From: an uncultured Bacilli bacterium
Lineage (GTDB): Bacteria > Bacillota_I > Bacilli_A > RF39 > UBA660
Reading direction: 5' to 3'
DNA: 56,320 nt
Assembly: GCA_948999435.1 (NCBI GenBank)
Contig: CARJCM010000002.1
Coordinates: 1 to 56,320, forward strand
A program made the translations under genes and the position numbers. The notes below the pieces were generated by a model. The model was not told where the DNA came from and ran no database searches. It saw only the letters and a program-made list of their open reading frames with translations. Below, piece by piece: positions 27,752 to 37,643 of the stretch. Numbering within the stretch: position 1 is the first letter of the stretch; each line of letters begins with the position of its first letter.

Positions 27752-28204
27752 ATGTATAATAAACGATTAAAAGAGTTAAGAGAAAGTAATAATCTTGATT
27801 TACAAGACTTATCAACCTTATTAAATTTTGAAAAAGATACATATGGAAAATATGAAAGAGAATACATAATAATCCCTATAAAACATTTAAACACTTTATG
27901 CAATTACTTTGATGTTTCAATAGATTATATTTTCGGGTTTACTAATAAAACAAATTACAATAATTATCAAAAAGAAATTGATACAAAAAAGGTGAGCAAG
28001 CGTTTAAAAGAATTTAGAAAAGACAATAATTTAACTCAAGAAAAACTAGCAAAATTATTAAATGTTGTTAAAGGAACTATCGGAAATTATGAAAGTGCTA
28101 GAGCATTAATAGCCACTCCTTTTCTCTATACTATATGTAAAAAATATAACATCTCTGCTGATTACATCCTTGGAAAAGTAGACGAACCAAAATATTTAAA
28201 ATAA
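27752..28204 (+). CDS. XRE-family regulator with two tandem HTH domains
   Basis: ATG at 27752 (AAAGGTG SD). Two repeats of the pattern RLKE.R..NNL.Q..L...L.......YE........L..LC..Y..S.DYI.G. Confidence 0.8.
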   Translation: MYNKRLKELRESNNLDLQDLSTLLNFEKDTYGKYEREYIIIPIKHLNTLCNYFDVSIDYIFGFTNKTNYNNYQKEIDTKKVSKRLKEFRKDNNLTQEKLAKLLNVVKGTIGNYESARALIATPFLYTICKKYNISADYILGKVDEPKYLK

Positions 28205-28209
28205 AAAAG

Positions 28210-28238
28210 ATTCAAGAATTATAAACCTTGAATTTTTT
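28210..28238. terminator. Bidirectional terminator between convergent genes
   Basis: ATTCAAG-N10-CTTGAAT hairpin followed by TTTTTT. Confidence 0.6.
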
Positions 28239-29151
28239 AAATATCTCTAACTATATTATCTAAACTATATCCTTTTGTTCTAGTAGTACCACCTAGAGTA
28301 TCATAACAATCATTAACAATTAAGAAAGCATCTTTATCAATAGTCAAAATAATCTCTTTAAATAAAGAATAATCATTAGTAGGAACTACACATAAAAGCA
28401 TATCTTGTTTTTTATTTGAGTATCCTCCTTTAGCTTGCAGTACAGTTACTCCAAGTTTCAGATCATCAATAATTGCACTTTCCAGTTCACTTAATTTATT
28501 AGATTGAATAATAAATAATTTACTTTTTGAAATACCTATTAACATCTTATCTACGATTAAACTTGAAACATATAAAATTATTACTGCATAAACAACTCTA
28601 TTTACACCTAAAACTACACCTGCAAATAAAACCACAACTAAATTACTAATAAATGTCGCTTTCCCCTCAGGCATATGCAAATACTTACACATAATTTGCA
28701 TTACAATATCTGACCCACCTGTATTATAACCCATTTTATAAACTAAACCACTAGCAATTCCATAAACAATACTAGTAAAAGCAATAGTTGTTATAAAATC
28801 TTCAAACAAAAAATATTCACTAAGCATTTCGGCTAAAGGATGCGTAAAAGTTATCATCACTGGATATAAAATAGTTCCAAGTATCGCTGGTGTAGATTTT
28901 TTAAAACCAAATAAAACAAAGCTAACAATTAAAAGTAAAAAACTTACTACATAAATAAATATTTGATTATTCCACCCCCACAAACTATTAAATACTATGG
29001 CAAGGCCACTAACACCACCAATTACAATTTCATTTTCTACTAAAAACAAATTATAATTTAAAGCAAGTATAAAAACTCCTAAAATCATAAAACAAAGCTT
29101 AGCAACTCTATTTTTATGATTAACAGCCTTAAAAATCTTCTTTATATCCAT
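28237..29151 (-). CDS. YitT family membrane protein (DUF2179 C-terminal domain)
   Basis: 5-6 TM, then GVTVLQAKGGYSNKKQDMLLCVV, which is typical of YitT/DUF2179. Confidence 0.75.
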   Translation of the reverse strand: MDIKKIFKAVNHKNRVAKLCFMILGVFILALNYNLFLVENEIVIGGVSGLAIVFNSLWGWNNQIFIYVVSFLLLIVSFVLFGFKKSTPAILGTILYPVMITFTHPLAEMLSEYFLFEDFITTIAFTSIVYGIASGLVYKMGYNTGGSDIVMQIMCKYLHMPEGKATFISNLVVVLFAGVVLGVNRVVYAVIILYVSSLIVDKMLIGISKSKLFIIQSNKLSELESAIIDDLKLGVTVLQAKGGYSNKKQDMLLCVVPTNDYSLFKEIILTIDKDAFLIVNDCYDTLGGTTRTKGYSLDNIVRDI

Positions 29152-29249
29152 AAATAACCTACCCTCTATTTAATAATAAATTTAAAAACAAAAATTGTCA
29201 ACATAAAACATATAGAAACCTCATATATTTTTAATGAGGTGAAAAACAC

Positions 29250-29609
29250 ATGAACGGAAATTTTTTTGGCAATCCTACATTTCCAACCAACAATAACACT
29301 AGTACCATAGAAAGTCCTCCTGGAAATATAAATTATTCTACTTCTCTTCCTATGGAACAAAGTTATATTGAAAATATTTTACGACTAAACAAAGGAAAAA
29401 AAGTAAAAGCTTACTTTTCATATCCTGATTCCAACGAATGGCGCGATAAAGTTTATGATGGCATAATTGAGGAAGCAGGACGAGATCATTTAATTATGAG
29501 TGATCCTAAAACTGGAAAATGGTGGCTACTTCGAATGATTTATTTAGACTATGTTGATTTTGAAGAAAAAATAAACTATAGTCACGATTATTCTGAAAAG
29601 ACGTTTTAA
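29250..29609 (+). CDS. gerQ: Spore coat protein GerQ-like
   Basis: EQSYIENILRLNKGKKVKAYFSY...WRDKVYDGIIEEAGRDHLIMSDPKTGKWWLLRMIYLDYVDFEE closely parallels B. subtilis GerQ (YwdL). Confidence 0.8.
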   Translation: MNGNFFGNPTFPTNNNTSTIESPPGNINYSTSLPMEQSYIENILRLNKGKKVKAYFSYPDSNEWRDKVYDGIIEEAGRDHLIMSDPKTGKWWLLRMIYLDYVDFEEKINYSHDYSEKTF

Positions 29610-29620
29610 AACGTTTTTTT
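29601..29620. terminator. Bidirectional terminator (perfect palindrome ACGTTTTAAAACGT plus T-run)
   Basis: Palindrome at 29601-29614 overlaps the gerQ stop. T-run to 29620. The convergent MBL gene stops at 29619. Confidence 0.6.
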
Positions 29621-30122
29621 AATTTATATAAGTATCAAAAAGTGGTTTTTCTTCGCCTAAGATTCCTGTTCTTCCATGTCCTGGATAAAACACAATATCA
29701 TCATCATAATCTTTTATCATATCTAAACTTTGTTTCATATCTTCTTTATTAGAAGTTTCAAGGTCATATCTTCCACAAGTATGATAAAAAATAAAATCAC
29801 CAGTAAACATAATTTTTTCATCTTTAAAATAAAAAGTAAGTCCATCATGAGCATGTCCTGGTGTTTTAATGACTTCATAATTAAAGCCATTATTATTGTG
29901 TGTATTATGTTTCAAATTATAATATTTTTCAAGAGTATCTAAAGCCAGTATATGGTCAAAATGATGATGCGTAACTAAAATCCCTGTAACTTTATAATCT
30001 TTACAAGCTTCAATTATTTTATCTGCATCACTAGCAGGATCAATAATTAAAGAGTTACCATTTTTGATAACTATATAACAATTAGTTCTAAGTACTCCTA
30101 ATTTTAAAATTTTAATTTCCAT
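29619..30122 (-). CDS. MBL-fold metallo-hydrolase (short, glyoxalase II-like)
   Basis: THHHFDH motif plus downstream His/Asp ligands (TPGHAHDG, FTGD, YPGHG). Confidence 0.75.
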   Translation of the reverse strand: MEIKILKLGVLRTNCYIVIKNGNSLIIDPASDADKIIEACKDYKVTGILVTHHHFDHILALDTLEKYYNLKHNTHNNNGFNYEVIKTPGHAHDGLTFYFKDEKIMFTGDFIFYHTCGRYDLETSNKEDMKQSLDMIKDYDDDIVFYPGHGRTGILGEEKPLFDTYIN

Positions 30123-30165
30123 AATAAATCTCCTTTAAAAAGAAAAATAGTTTTCACTATTTCTT

Positions 30166-30900
30166 TTATGCTCTAGCACAACCATCAACACTTAAGATAT
30201 TACCAGTGACATAACTAGCCATATCACTAGCTAAAAACAAAAAAGCATTAGCAACATCTATTGGCTCTCCAATTCGACCTAAAGGTATACTTTTTATTAA
30301 AGGTTCAATCATTTCTTTAGGTAGATTTGCTACCATATCCGTATTAGTAATACCAGGCGCCACTGCATTAACTCTAATTCCTAAAGGTGCAAGTTCCCTA
30401 GCTAAAGATTTAGTCATTCCATTAACCGCAAATTTACTAGTTGGGTACATCACCCCAGATGGTTGACCATAAATACTAACCATTGAACTTGTATTAATTA
30501 TAACTCCTTTAGTTTCCTTTAAATAAGGAACTATTTCTTTAGAACATACAAACACCGATTTAATATTTAAATCTGTTATTTTATTATATTCATCTTCCGT
30601 ATAATCTTCTAATTTTGTACTAGAAGAAATACCTGCATTATTAATTAAAATATCAATATGACCAAATTCATCATTTATTTTAGCAAAAGTATTTCTTACT
30701 TCCTCCATATCTGATAATAGAGGTGCAAATCCTTTAGCATTAAACCCTTCTTCTTTTAATTTTTCTAAAGCTTTATTAACACTTTCTTCTCTACTTCCAA
30801 ATATAATAACCTTTGCATGATTTTTTAAAAACAATTTTGCTATTTCAAAACCAATACCTCTAGTCCCACCAGTTATTATTGCTACTTTATCTTTTAACAT
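30166..30900 (-). CDS. SDR family oxidoreductase (FabG-like)
   Basis: TGGTRGIG, NNAG, and the S...YPTSK catalytic triad pattern. Alternative GTG start at 30909. Confidence 0.8.
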   Translation of the reverse strand: MLKDKVAIITGGTRGIGFEIAKLFLKNHAKVIIFGSREESVNKALEKLKEEGFNAKGFAPLLSDMEEVRNTFAKINDEFGHIDILINNAGISSSTKLEDYTEDEYNKITDLNIKSVFVCSKEIVPYLKETKGVIINTSSMVSIYGQPSGVMYPTSKFAVNGMTKSLARELAPLGIRVNAVAPGITNTDMVANLPKEMIEPLIKSIPLGRIGEPIDVANAFLFLASDMASYVTGNILSVDGCARA

Positions 30901-30962
30901 AATTATCACATCTTTCTATATTAAGTTTAATTTATTTTATATTTTTTTACAATAAAAATTTT

Positions 30963-31625
30963 TTATTTTACTTTCTTTAATTCTTCTTTCATAATCCATT
31001 TTATATCTTCAATAGATTTATCTATATTAAATCTTCCATTACCCACTGGATAAAAAACCGGATAGAACTTATACTCTTTTCCTTTAATCTTTTTAATATG
31101 ACAAACTTTTCTATTCATAGATACAGATATTTTTTTATTTAAAACAATAGAACTAACTTGATTACCAAACAAAATAACAACTTTAGGATTTACAATAGCT
31201 ATTTCTTGATATAATAAATTCAAATATTTTTTTAATACTTCATCTTTTAAAGGTCTAGCATCAATTTGTGTGCACTTTCCTAAATTAGTTATAAAAAAAT
31301 TATGTTCTGTAACATTTTTATAAACTTCTAACGCAAATAGAGGAGTCCATTCACTTCCCTTTATACTTTTTATTCTTGCATAAATGTCTTTATCAATTAA
31401 ATCTAAAGCATCAAATAAATCCCAAACATTTTTAGTTCCTATCCAAGGAGATTTTATTCCCTCCCAAGTTTTTAAAGAAGCTATATTCCTTCCTGTTGGA
31501 TTCATAAAAACAAAACAAATATCAGGATTATCACTCTTTCCTCCATTATAAATAGAATCCAATTCTTTAGCGCCATATTTCAGTTGTAACTTATCATATT
31601 TTATTTTTAATTCATCTAAATTCAT
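30963..31625 (-). CDS. Uracil-DNA glycosylase superfamily protein (MUG/SMUG-like MNP motif)
   Basis: 220 aa. CFVFMNPTGRN is reminiscent of G(M/I)NPG motif 1. C-terminal VFYPVGNGRFN is a possible motif 2. Assignment made by eye. Confidence 0.5.
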   Translation of the reverse strand: MNLDELKIKYDKLQLKYGAKELDSIYNGGKSDNPDICFVFMNPTGRNIASLKTWEGIKSPWIGTKNVWDLFDALDLIDKDIYARIKSIKGSEWTPLFALEVYKNVTEHNFFITNLGKCTQIDARPLKDEVLKKYLNLLYQEIAIVNPKVVILFGNQVSSIVLNKKISVSMNRKVCHIKKIKGKEYKFYPVFYPVGNGRFNIDKSIEDIKWIMKEELKKVK

Positions 31626-31636
31626 TTACATCACCA

Positions 31637-32242
31637 TTAATTTTCTGATACAGATTTTACGATAAATGAAATAACTTCATCAATATTATCTTTTTTCTTA
31701 TAAGCCATCTTTTCTTCTTCATTTAGTTCAACAAAATATTTATTATACTCAGGTAATATACTAAGAGAATCTAAAGGATACCCTGGATTTCTGATACTAC
31801 TAGGGCTACTCACAAAATAAAACTTATCTTTATACCAAGAAAATTCATGAATTCCCTTTTTAGTACATACTACCATTCCATAAATCCATTTAGCAGTCAA
31901 ACGTCCACCATTTTCTTTCACTAAATTAGAATAATAGAGAATCATTTCATCATCCGTTAATTCTTTACCATTAACTCTTCTTACATAAGTACCAGGTTGT
32001 TTATCCATAGCTAATTCTTCAATAAATAAGGTATTATCCATTCCAATTGTAGGTAAACCTGTTACTTCATAATAAGCTTTAGCTTTTATATAAGCATTTT
32101 CTAAAGCATCTTTTCCATTTTCATCAATATCCAATTTAAAATCCAAGTCTTGCAGAGTTAATAGTTCTATCCCCTCTTTTTCTAATGCTTCTTTATATTT
32201 TAATATTTTAGCTTGATTAGTTGTTGCAAATAAAACTTTCAT
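31637..32242 (-). CDS. Ham1/RdgB-like non-canonical purine NTP pyrophosphatase (divergent)
   Basis: MKVLFATTNQAK (family FATGNxGK), ENAYIKAKAYYEVTGLPTIGMDNTLFIE, RNPGYPLDSL...EEEK. Start overlaps the upstream stop (TAATG). Confidence 0.55.
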   Translation of the reverse strand: MKVLFATTNQAKILKYKEALEKEGIELLTLQDLDFKLDIDENGKDALENAYIKAKAYYEVTGLPTIGMDNTLFIEELAMDKQPGTYVRRVNGKELTDDEMILYYSNLVKENGGRLTAKWIYGMVVCTKKGIHEFSWYKDKFYFVSSPSSIRNPGYPLDSLSILPEYNKYFVELNEEEKMAYKKKDNIDEVISFIVKSVSEN

Positions 32243-32988
32243 TATAAAATCTCCTTAAAACCATTTCTACTCCAAAGCCATAAAGGTGTATGAATATCAA
32301 TTGGTTTGTATTTTGTGTTTTTTAATAATTCTTGCCATCTATTAATAGTTATAGTTTGAACATTACTACTATTAAACTCCAAATCATTTATTAAACCTAA
32401 TTCATGAGTAGATTTACAAACATGGGTATCAGGAGCAACAGTTAACTTATGAATATTTACATACTCTCTATCTGTATATTGATAGATAACATAAAGCCAG
32501 TAGTTACATATTTTAATCCCTGATAAATAAGGAAATTTCTTTTTATTATGAATTTGAATAAAATCTCTAATTTCCTCAACATTATTATGACAATTATCAA
32601 ATAGCTTTCTAACATCTCCATCAAATAATTCAACTATTGTCTCGCATAACTTTATCCAAATTTCTGTTTGCTTGTTTTTTTGCAGTGCAACTTTATATTT
32701 TGTTAGAGCCAAGCTCACTTCTTCAAAAGATTTAGTTAAAACTATTTTAGGATTAAAAACAAATCTTGTTTCAATATCATTATAAGTTTTTAAAGCTCCC
32801 TCCCACAAAGCATAAGAATTCCTTTGATAATTAAGAGCCATAGGTAAAGTAAAATATAAATAATTTTCTAAGCTAGAATTAAGTAATTTAGGATTAGCAT
32901 CCTCAGGCATAACTTCTCCACCTAACTCACCATTTTTATACATCTTAATAAGTTTATCAACTTTATCTAAAATTCGTATCTTATCCAT
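32242..32988 (-). CDS. Hypothetical protein, possibly HhH-GPD DNA glycosylase-like
   Basis: PYLSGIKICNYWL...LTVAPDTHVCKSTHELGLI resembles the HhH plus VDTHVxRVxxRLGL segment of the EndoIII/AlkA superfamily. Start at MDKIRIL (GGAGG SD). Confidence 0.35.
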   Translation of the reverse strand: MDKIRILDKVDKLIKMYKNGELGGEVMPEDANPKLLNSSLENYLYFTLPMALNYQRNSYALWEGALKTYNDIETRFVFNPKIVLTKSFEEVSLALTKYKVALQKNKQTEIWIKLCETIVELFDGDVRKLFDNCHNNVEEIRDFIQIHNKKKFPYLSGIKICNYWLYVIYQYTDREYVNIHKLTVAPDTHVCKSTHELGLINDLEFNSSNVQTITINRWQELLKNTKYKPIDIHTPLWLWSRNGFKEIL

Positions 32989-33062
32989 TTCTACCTCCAT
33001 GTAATAAAATTATACTATAAATATGTTTTAAACAAAAGAAAAAACAGCTTAAAACTGTTTAA

Positions 33063-33959
33063 CTAATCTTCTTTAGAGTTTATTACTGACACAATACCAC
33101 AAATCATTCCACCAATTGGATAAACTATCCAATTAATAGTCCAAAGCTTAAATACAAATCCTAAAATAAAATAAATAATAGTTGCACATATCATAATGAC
33201 TGCACTTATTCGTCCTATTTTTTCTTCAGCCTCTTTACTCAATCTCATATGTCCATTTCTTAAACTATCCATATCATATTTACTTTTTTGGATTCCAGCA
33301 TACACAAGAAGCGGAACTGTAATAGTAATAAACACCATAAATATAGCATATGCTAAAATATCTTTAATATCAAATATATTAAGTCCAAGTAAAAGAATCA
33401 ATATTATAACACCAATTAAAATAATTGATACAACACTTGCTAATAAATAAGCAAATTTCGTTTCAAACTTTTCTTGTTCTTCTACACTATAAAAATTTTT
33501 AACATCTTTATATTTTCTTTGTAAACTATCCATTTTAATACCTAGAACAATAAATATTGGAACTGTAATAATTACAAAAAACATTAAAACGACTACCCCA
33601 ATAATTATATATCTATCCAAAGAATCTTTAGGAGCCAAACCAATAATTGTAAGTAAAAGTGTAACTCCAACTAAAATCATAAAAACCCCAAAAGCCATTC
33701 CTTTACTAAATTTATTCATAAATTTATCATAAGCTTTTTTAGATACATTAATTTCTGGCATAACTTTTCCTTTAATTAAATCATCCATCGTACAATCAAA
33801 TAAATCACATATCATAATTATTTTTTCTGTTTCTGGACTAGTCTCTCCTGTTTCCCACTTTGATACAGCTTGTCTTGAAACATCTAGTTTTTCTGCTAAT
33901 TCTTCTTGACTCATTCCCTTTGCTTTCCTAAGATTTTGTAAATTTTCACTTAAGTTCAT
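33063..33959 (-). CDS. XRE-family HTH regulator fused to a polytopic membrane domain
   Basis: Start at MNLSENL (GGAGGTG SD). HTH motif MSQEELAEKLDVSRQAVSKWETGETSP. At least 6 hydrophobic segments. Confidence 0.8.
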   Translation of the reverse strand: MNLSENLQNLRKAKGMSQEELAEKLDVSRQAVSKWETGETSPETEKIIMICDLFDCTMDDLIKGKVMPEINVSKKAYDKFMNKFSKGMAFGVFMILVGVTLLLTIIGLAPKDSLDRYIIIGVVVLMFFVIITVPIFIVLGIKMDSLQRKYKDVKNFYSVEEQEKFETKFAYLLASVVSIILIGVIILILLLGLNIFDIKDILAYAIFMVFITITVPLLVYAGIQKSKYDMDSLRNGHMRLSKEAEEKIGRISAVIMICATIIYFILGFVFKLWTINWIVYPIGGMICGIVSVINSKED

Positions 33960-34064
33960 AAACTCACCTCCAAACATAAATCCATCATATAGTAGCAATG
34001 TCTTTTTCTCTACCAACACACACTTGCACTAACAAAAAAATGATGCTAGTTTAAGTTGCATCCA

Positions 34065-34664
34065 TTATTTTTTTACTAAAGTACTTTTATAATAATCAGT
34101 ATCAAATAAGAAATATATTAAATCATCAAAGCTTTTAATTTTAAAACGATTGGTATTCTTTTCTTGTTTTAATAAAAATATAATATAATCTATAATAACA
34201 ATTACTTCACAAATTATAGTTAAAACTAAAGTTATTAAAGCATAAATATTATTTAAATAATCAAATATAGTGGCATACCCTAAAATAATAGTAAAAAATA
34301 TAAACCACATTTTAACTTTCCCTAAAAATAAACTTCTAGTTTTTTTACCATGAATAGTTCCAATTGTATTAACAAGTAAAATAGTTACTTCTAAAGCTAA
34401 TAATAAATAAAACCATTTAGTAATTTTAATTAAAGGTAGTAATAAAGCTATATTAAGAACTTTATCAGCGACTGTATCCATTAAACTTCCATAAAAAGTT
34501 TCTACATGAAATCCTCGTGCTAATTTTCCATCAATAAAATCTGTTGAAAAAATTAAAGCCACAAAAATTAAAAACAAATAATTGGGAATACTTTCATATA
34601 AACACATCAAAACAATAGTTAAAAATAATCTTGAAGTTGTAATTAAATTCGTTAATATTTTCAT
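34065..34664 (-). CDS. CDP-alcohol phosphatidyltransferase family protein
   Basis: DFIDGKLARGFHVETFYGSLMDTVADK fits D-x2-DG-x2-AR-x8-G-x3-D-x3-D. Start at MKILTNL. Confidence 0.8.
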   Translation of the reverse strand: MKILTNLITTSRLFLTIVLMCLYESIPNYLFLIFVALIFSTDFIDGKLARGFHVETFYGSLMDTVADKVLNIALLLPLIKITKWFYLLLALEVTILLVNTIGTIHGKKTRSLFLGKVKMWFIFFTIILGYATIFDYLNNIYALITLVLTIICEVIVIIDYIIFLLKQEKNTNRFKIKSFDDLIYFLFDTDYYKSTLVKK

Positions 34665-34668
34665 AATA

Positions 34669-35058
34669 TCACATCCACATAAATATTTTATTAATAAAAT
34701 ATATGACAAATAAATTAATTATAAGAGTACTAACTCCATAAACAATCTCTTCATCTTTTCTTTTAAAGTCTTTACTTAATTTAAAACTATACCAAAATAT
34801 AAAAATACTTAATAAAAAATAAAATGTTATTCTTAAATCATTCGCATTAAATCCAATACCTAACATATTTTTCTTAGTTTCTGGCACACACCCACAACCA
34901 AAAACTTTTAAAAATAATAATTTATCTAATAATTCATAAAAAGGCGTTATAAAAATTAATATTAAATAAGGTAAAACATATTTAGCTTTTTTATTTTTAA
35001 AATAATAGAAAAGCCATATTAAGAAAATGATTACAATTATTAAAAATACATATAACAT
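34669..35058 (-). CDS. Hypothetical integral membrane protein
   Basis: 129 aa, 4 hydrophobic segments. Stop lies just upstream of the next gene start (operon). Confidence 0.5.
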   Translation of the reverse strand: MLYVFLIIVIIFLIWLFYYFKNKKAKYVLPYLILIFITPFYELLDKLLFLKVFGCGCVPETKKNMLGIGFNANDLRITFYFLLSIFIFWYSFKLSKDFKRKDEEIVYGVSTLIINLFVIYFINKIFMWM

Positions 35059-35142
35059 AAATCCACCTTCTTAACTAACTATATTATACCATTTAATATA
35101 TATAAATAAAAGAAAAAAGAATTGATAATCATATCAAAACTT

Positions 35143-35619
35143 TTACTTATATAAAGCTTGTGTTTGAGCTTCTTCTAATGCACAAATTATTCCTAATATT
35201 TCATTTAATTGCTCAATCAATGTTAATGCTTCTGGTATGTTAACAAATGTTACAGCAGAATCCCTTAAAAATTTAGCAGATTCTAAAGCTTGTTCTAGAC
35301 TCATAGTATTCATACTTAAACATCTCATAAAATATAAGCGTAACGCATCCCACTCATGATATGTAAGATTAAAAGGAAATCCTTTTTGAATTATATTCTT
35401 ATTTTCTTTTAAGTTAAGCTTCGTAATTCTTTCCAATTCTGCTCTTCTAAGAGCTTCCATCATTTCCTTTTTACCAAAGTAAGCTAAATTAGCTCTTCTT
35501 AAAGATTCCTCACTCGTATGAACTGAGCCATCAAAAGCTATATATTCTGGCAAAGTTCTATTATCAATAGGCTTTTCTTCAATTTTAAGATTTTTTTCAT
35601 AAAAAGTATATTTATCCAT
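35143..35619 (-). CDS. Hypothetical cytoplasmic protein
   Basis: Start at MDKYTFYEKN (GGAGGGG SD). No motif recognised. Confidence 0.5.
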   Translation of the reverse strand: MDKYTFYEKNLKIEEKPIDNRTLPEYIAFDGSVHTSEESLRRANLAYFGKKEMMEALRRAELERITKLNLKENKNIIQKGFPFNLTYHEWDALRLYFMRCLSMNTMSLEQALESAKFLRDSAVTFVNIPEALTLIEQLNEILGIICALEEAQTQALYK

Positions 35620-35672
35620 ATATATCCCCTCCAATGCGATTTATTATATATCAAAGTATTTAAAATGTCAAA

Positions 35673-37499
35673 CTAAGCAAACCAACCTTCAATAAATTTT
35701 ATATACTCACTAATTAAATCACTTTGTTTACTAGAAATTATCGTATCTTTAGCAAGAGTTATATCGTCTGTAATAATATTATCAACTTTTAAATCTATCA
35801 TTTCCATAATACTATCTTCTGTATTTACTGTCCAAGCATATAATTCTTTGCCCTCTTTATGAACTTTTTTTACAAGTGATTTAGTAACACTAGTAGCTTC
35901 AATACTAAAATGGTCTGCATATTCTAAACTAGTAATATCACCATAAGCGAGGCTCATAACATAAACTGTTTCAACATCTTTATTATACTTTTTAACATTT
36001 TCTAATACTTCATATGTTTGAGATGTAATAACAGTATATTTTAAATAATTATGTTCTACAATTAAATCAACAACTTTCTTCTCAAAATCGTGTTCTTTCC
36101 CTGTTAGTTTAAGTTCAATATTAAGTTTAATATTATTATTCTTAGCAAATAGAAGAGTTTCTTCTAAAGTAGGAACTTTTTCTCCCTTAAACTTTTTATT
36201 AAAGAAGCTTCCCACATCTAACTCTTTAACTTCTTCTAAAGTCATATCCCATATATTTTTATCTACCCCAGCAGTTCTTTTAAAATTAGTATCATGAGTT
36301 ACAACTATATATCCATCTTTAGTTTCAGCTACATCAAGTTCTATCCAATCTGCTCCAAGTTCTTTAGCGCCTTTAAAAGCACTCATCGTATTTTCAGGAT
36401 ATTTAAGTGAAGCACCTCTATGGGCAGTTACTTCTAAAGTTCTTGTAAATTCTATATTAAGATTATATTTTCCTTTATAAATACCATAAGTAAATATCGA
36501 GCCACATATTATTGCTAAAACAATAAAACCTAAAATTATTTTCTTTAGTTTTATATTATTTTTATCTCCAATTTCAGTTTCTTTTATTTCAATATATTTT
36601 ATTTCTTCTTCTCTTTTTTCTTTTAAATCATAATACAAAACACTTATAGTGGTATAACTAATCGGTGTAATAAGTAAAAGGAAAACAATAAGAGATAAAG
36701 CTATAAACACCCAAATAATAGTAGTCATAACACTTTCTAAAATAACAATATTTCCTAAAAAATGTTGTATTCCCAAAATAAGTAATATTCCTAAACCAAT
36801 AAATATTAAATATAAAAGCACCATTGTAAATTGAACTATAAACATACTAAGAAAATCTTTTATATGTCTTTTTGCACTTAAATTCTTACTTAATTTTCGT
36901 GCTTTTCTAAAACTAACATTTTCTAATACAAAAAAGTGAAGTGAATATAACCATCTAAATAATAATATAACTAAATATATCATAACTAAGGCAAAAATAC
37001 ATAAAAATGGTATATTGCTTTTAATAAAATCTAATATAAATTCAGGAACACTAACAGAAGAAATAAAACTAGAAGTAAGTCCAATATTCAAAAAAGGAAT
37101 TAAAAATAAAATAAAGAAAGATATCGTTATATTAATAGGATTAAAAATTCTTAAACACTTTTTAAAAGATAATTTTAAAACATCTAATATAGGAGCTTTT
37201 TTATTTTGATAAGACAAATCTAAAATAATAATAATTGTTGTAATATCAAACATTGTATAAAAAGTCATAAAAATTATTAATAGTAATAATAAGAGTAAAG
37301 TTATAGGTTCGCTTAAAAAAGCAAAAATATTTTCAAATGTAAGATAAGTAAAACCAGTATACTTCATAATAAGATTAAAACAACCTAAAAAAAGAGGCAT
37401 AAAAATTAATGTAGATAATAATTTAAATACTGCTTCAAATCCTACTAAAACCCAAATATTTCTTTTAATCATCAATAACGCATTTTTAATCTTTTTCAT
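35673..37499 (-). CDS. Glycerophosphodiester phosphodiesterase with N-terminal polytopic membrane domain
   Basis: C-terminal GDPD motifs AHRGAS..YPENTMSAF...GADWIELDV..TKDGYIVVTHD. About 7 N-terminal TM segments. ATG at 37499 (AAGAGG SD). Confidence 0.85.
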   Translation of the reverse strand: MKKIKNALLMIKRNIWVLVGFEAVFKLLSTLIFMPLFLGCFNLIMKYTGFTYLTFENIFAFLSEPITLLLLLLLIIFMTFYTMFDITTIIIILDLSYQNKKAPILDVLKLSFKKCLRIFNPINITISFFILFLIPFLNIGLTSSFISSVSVPEFILDFIKSNIPFLCIFALVMIYLVILLFRWLYSLHFFVLENVSFRKARKLSKNLSAKRHIKDFLSMFIVQFTMVLLYLIFIGLGILLILGIQHFLGNIVILESVMTTIIWVFIALSLIVFLLLITPISYTTISVLYYDLKEKREEEIKYIEIKETEIGDKNNIKLKKIILGFIVLAIICGSIFTYGIYKGKYNLNIEFTRTLEVTAHRGASLKYPENTMSAFKGAKELGADWIELDVAETKDGYIVVTHDTNFKRTAGVDKNIWDMTLEEVKELDVGSFFNKKFKGEKVPTLEETLLFAKNNNIKLNIELKLTGKEHDFEKKVVDLIVEHNYLKYTVITSQTYEVLENVKKYNKDVETVYVMSLAYGDITSLEYADHFSIEATSVTKSLVKKVHKEGKELYAWTVNTEDSIMEMIDLKVDNIITDDITLAKDTIISSKQSDLISEYIKFIEGWFA

Positions 37500-37643
37500 A
37501 ACGCTCAACCTCTTTTGTTTTGTATATCCATTATATTATTTAATAAAGTTTTTAGCAACAAAAAAAGATTTATATCAATTAAATTAAACACATTATTTAA
37601 TCAGTTTATCAATTTTCATTTATATTTTAAACTTTAAAATATA

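Noticed and set aside
29219-29239. CCTCAT-N9-ATGAGG hairpin whose 3' arm contains the GerQ-like gene SD (possible translational control)
   Set aside because: It has only 6 bp with an AT-rich loop. It could equally be a 5' stabiliser or chance, and nothing else supports it.
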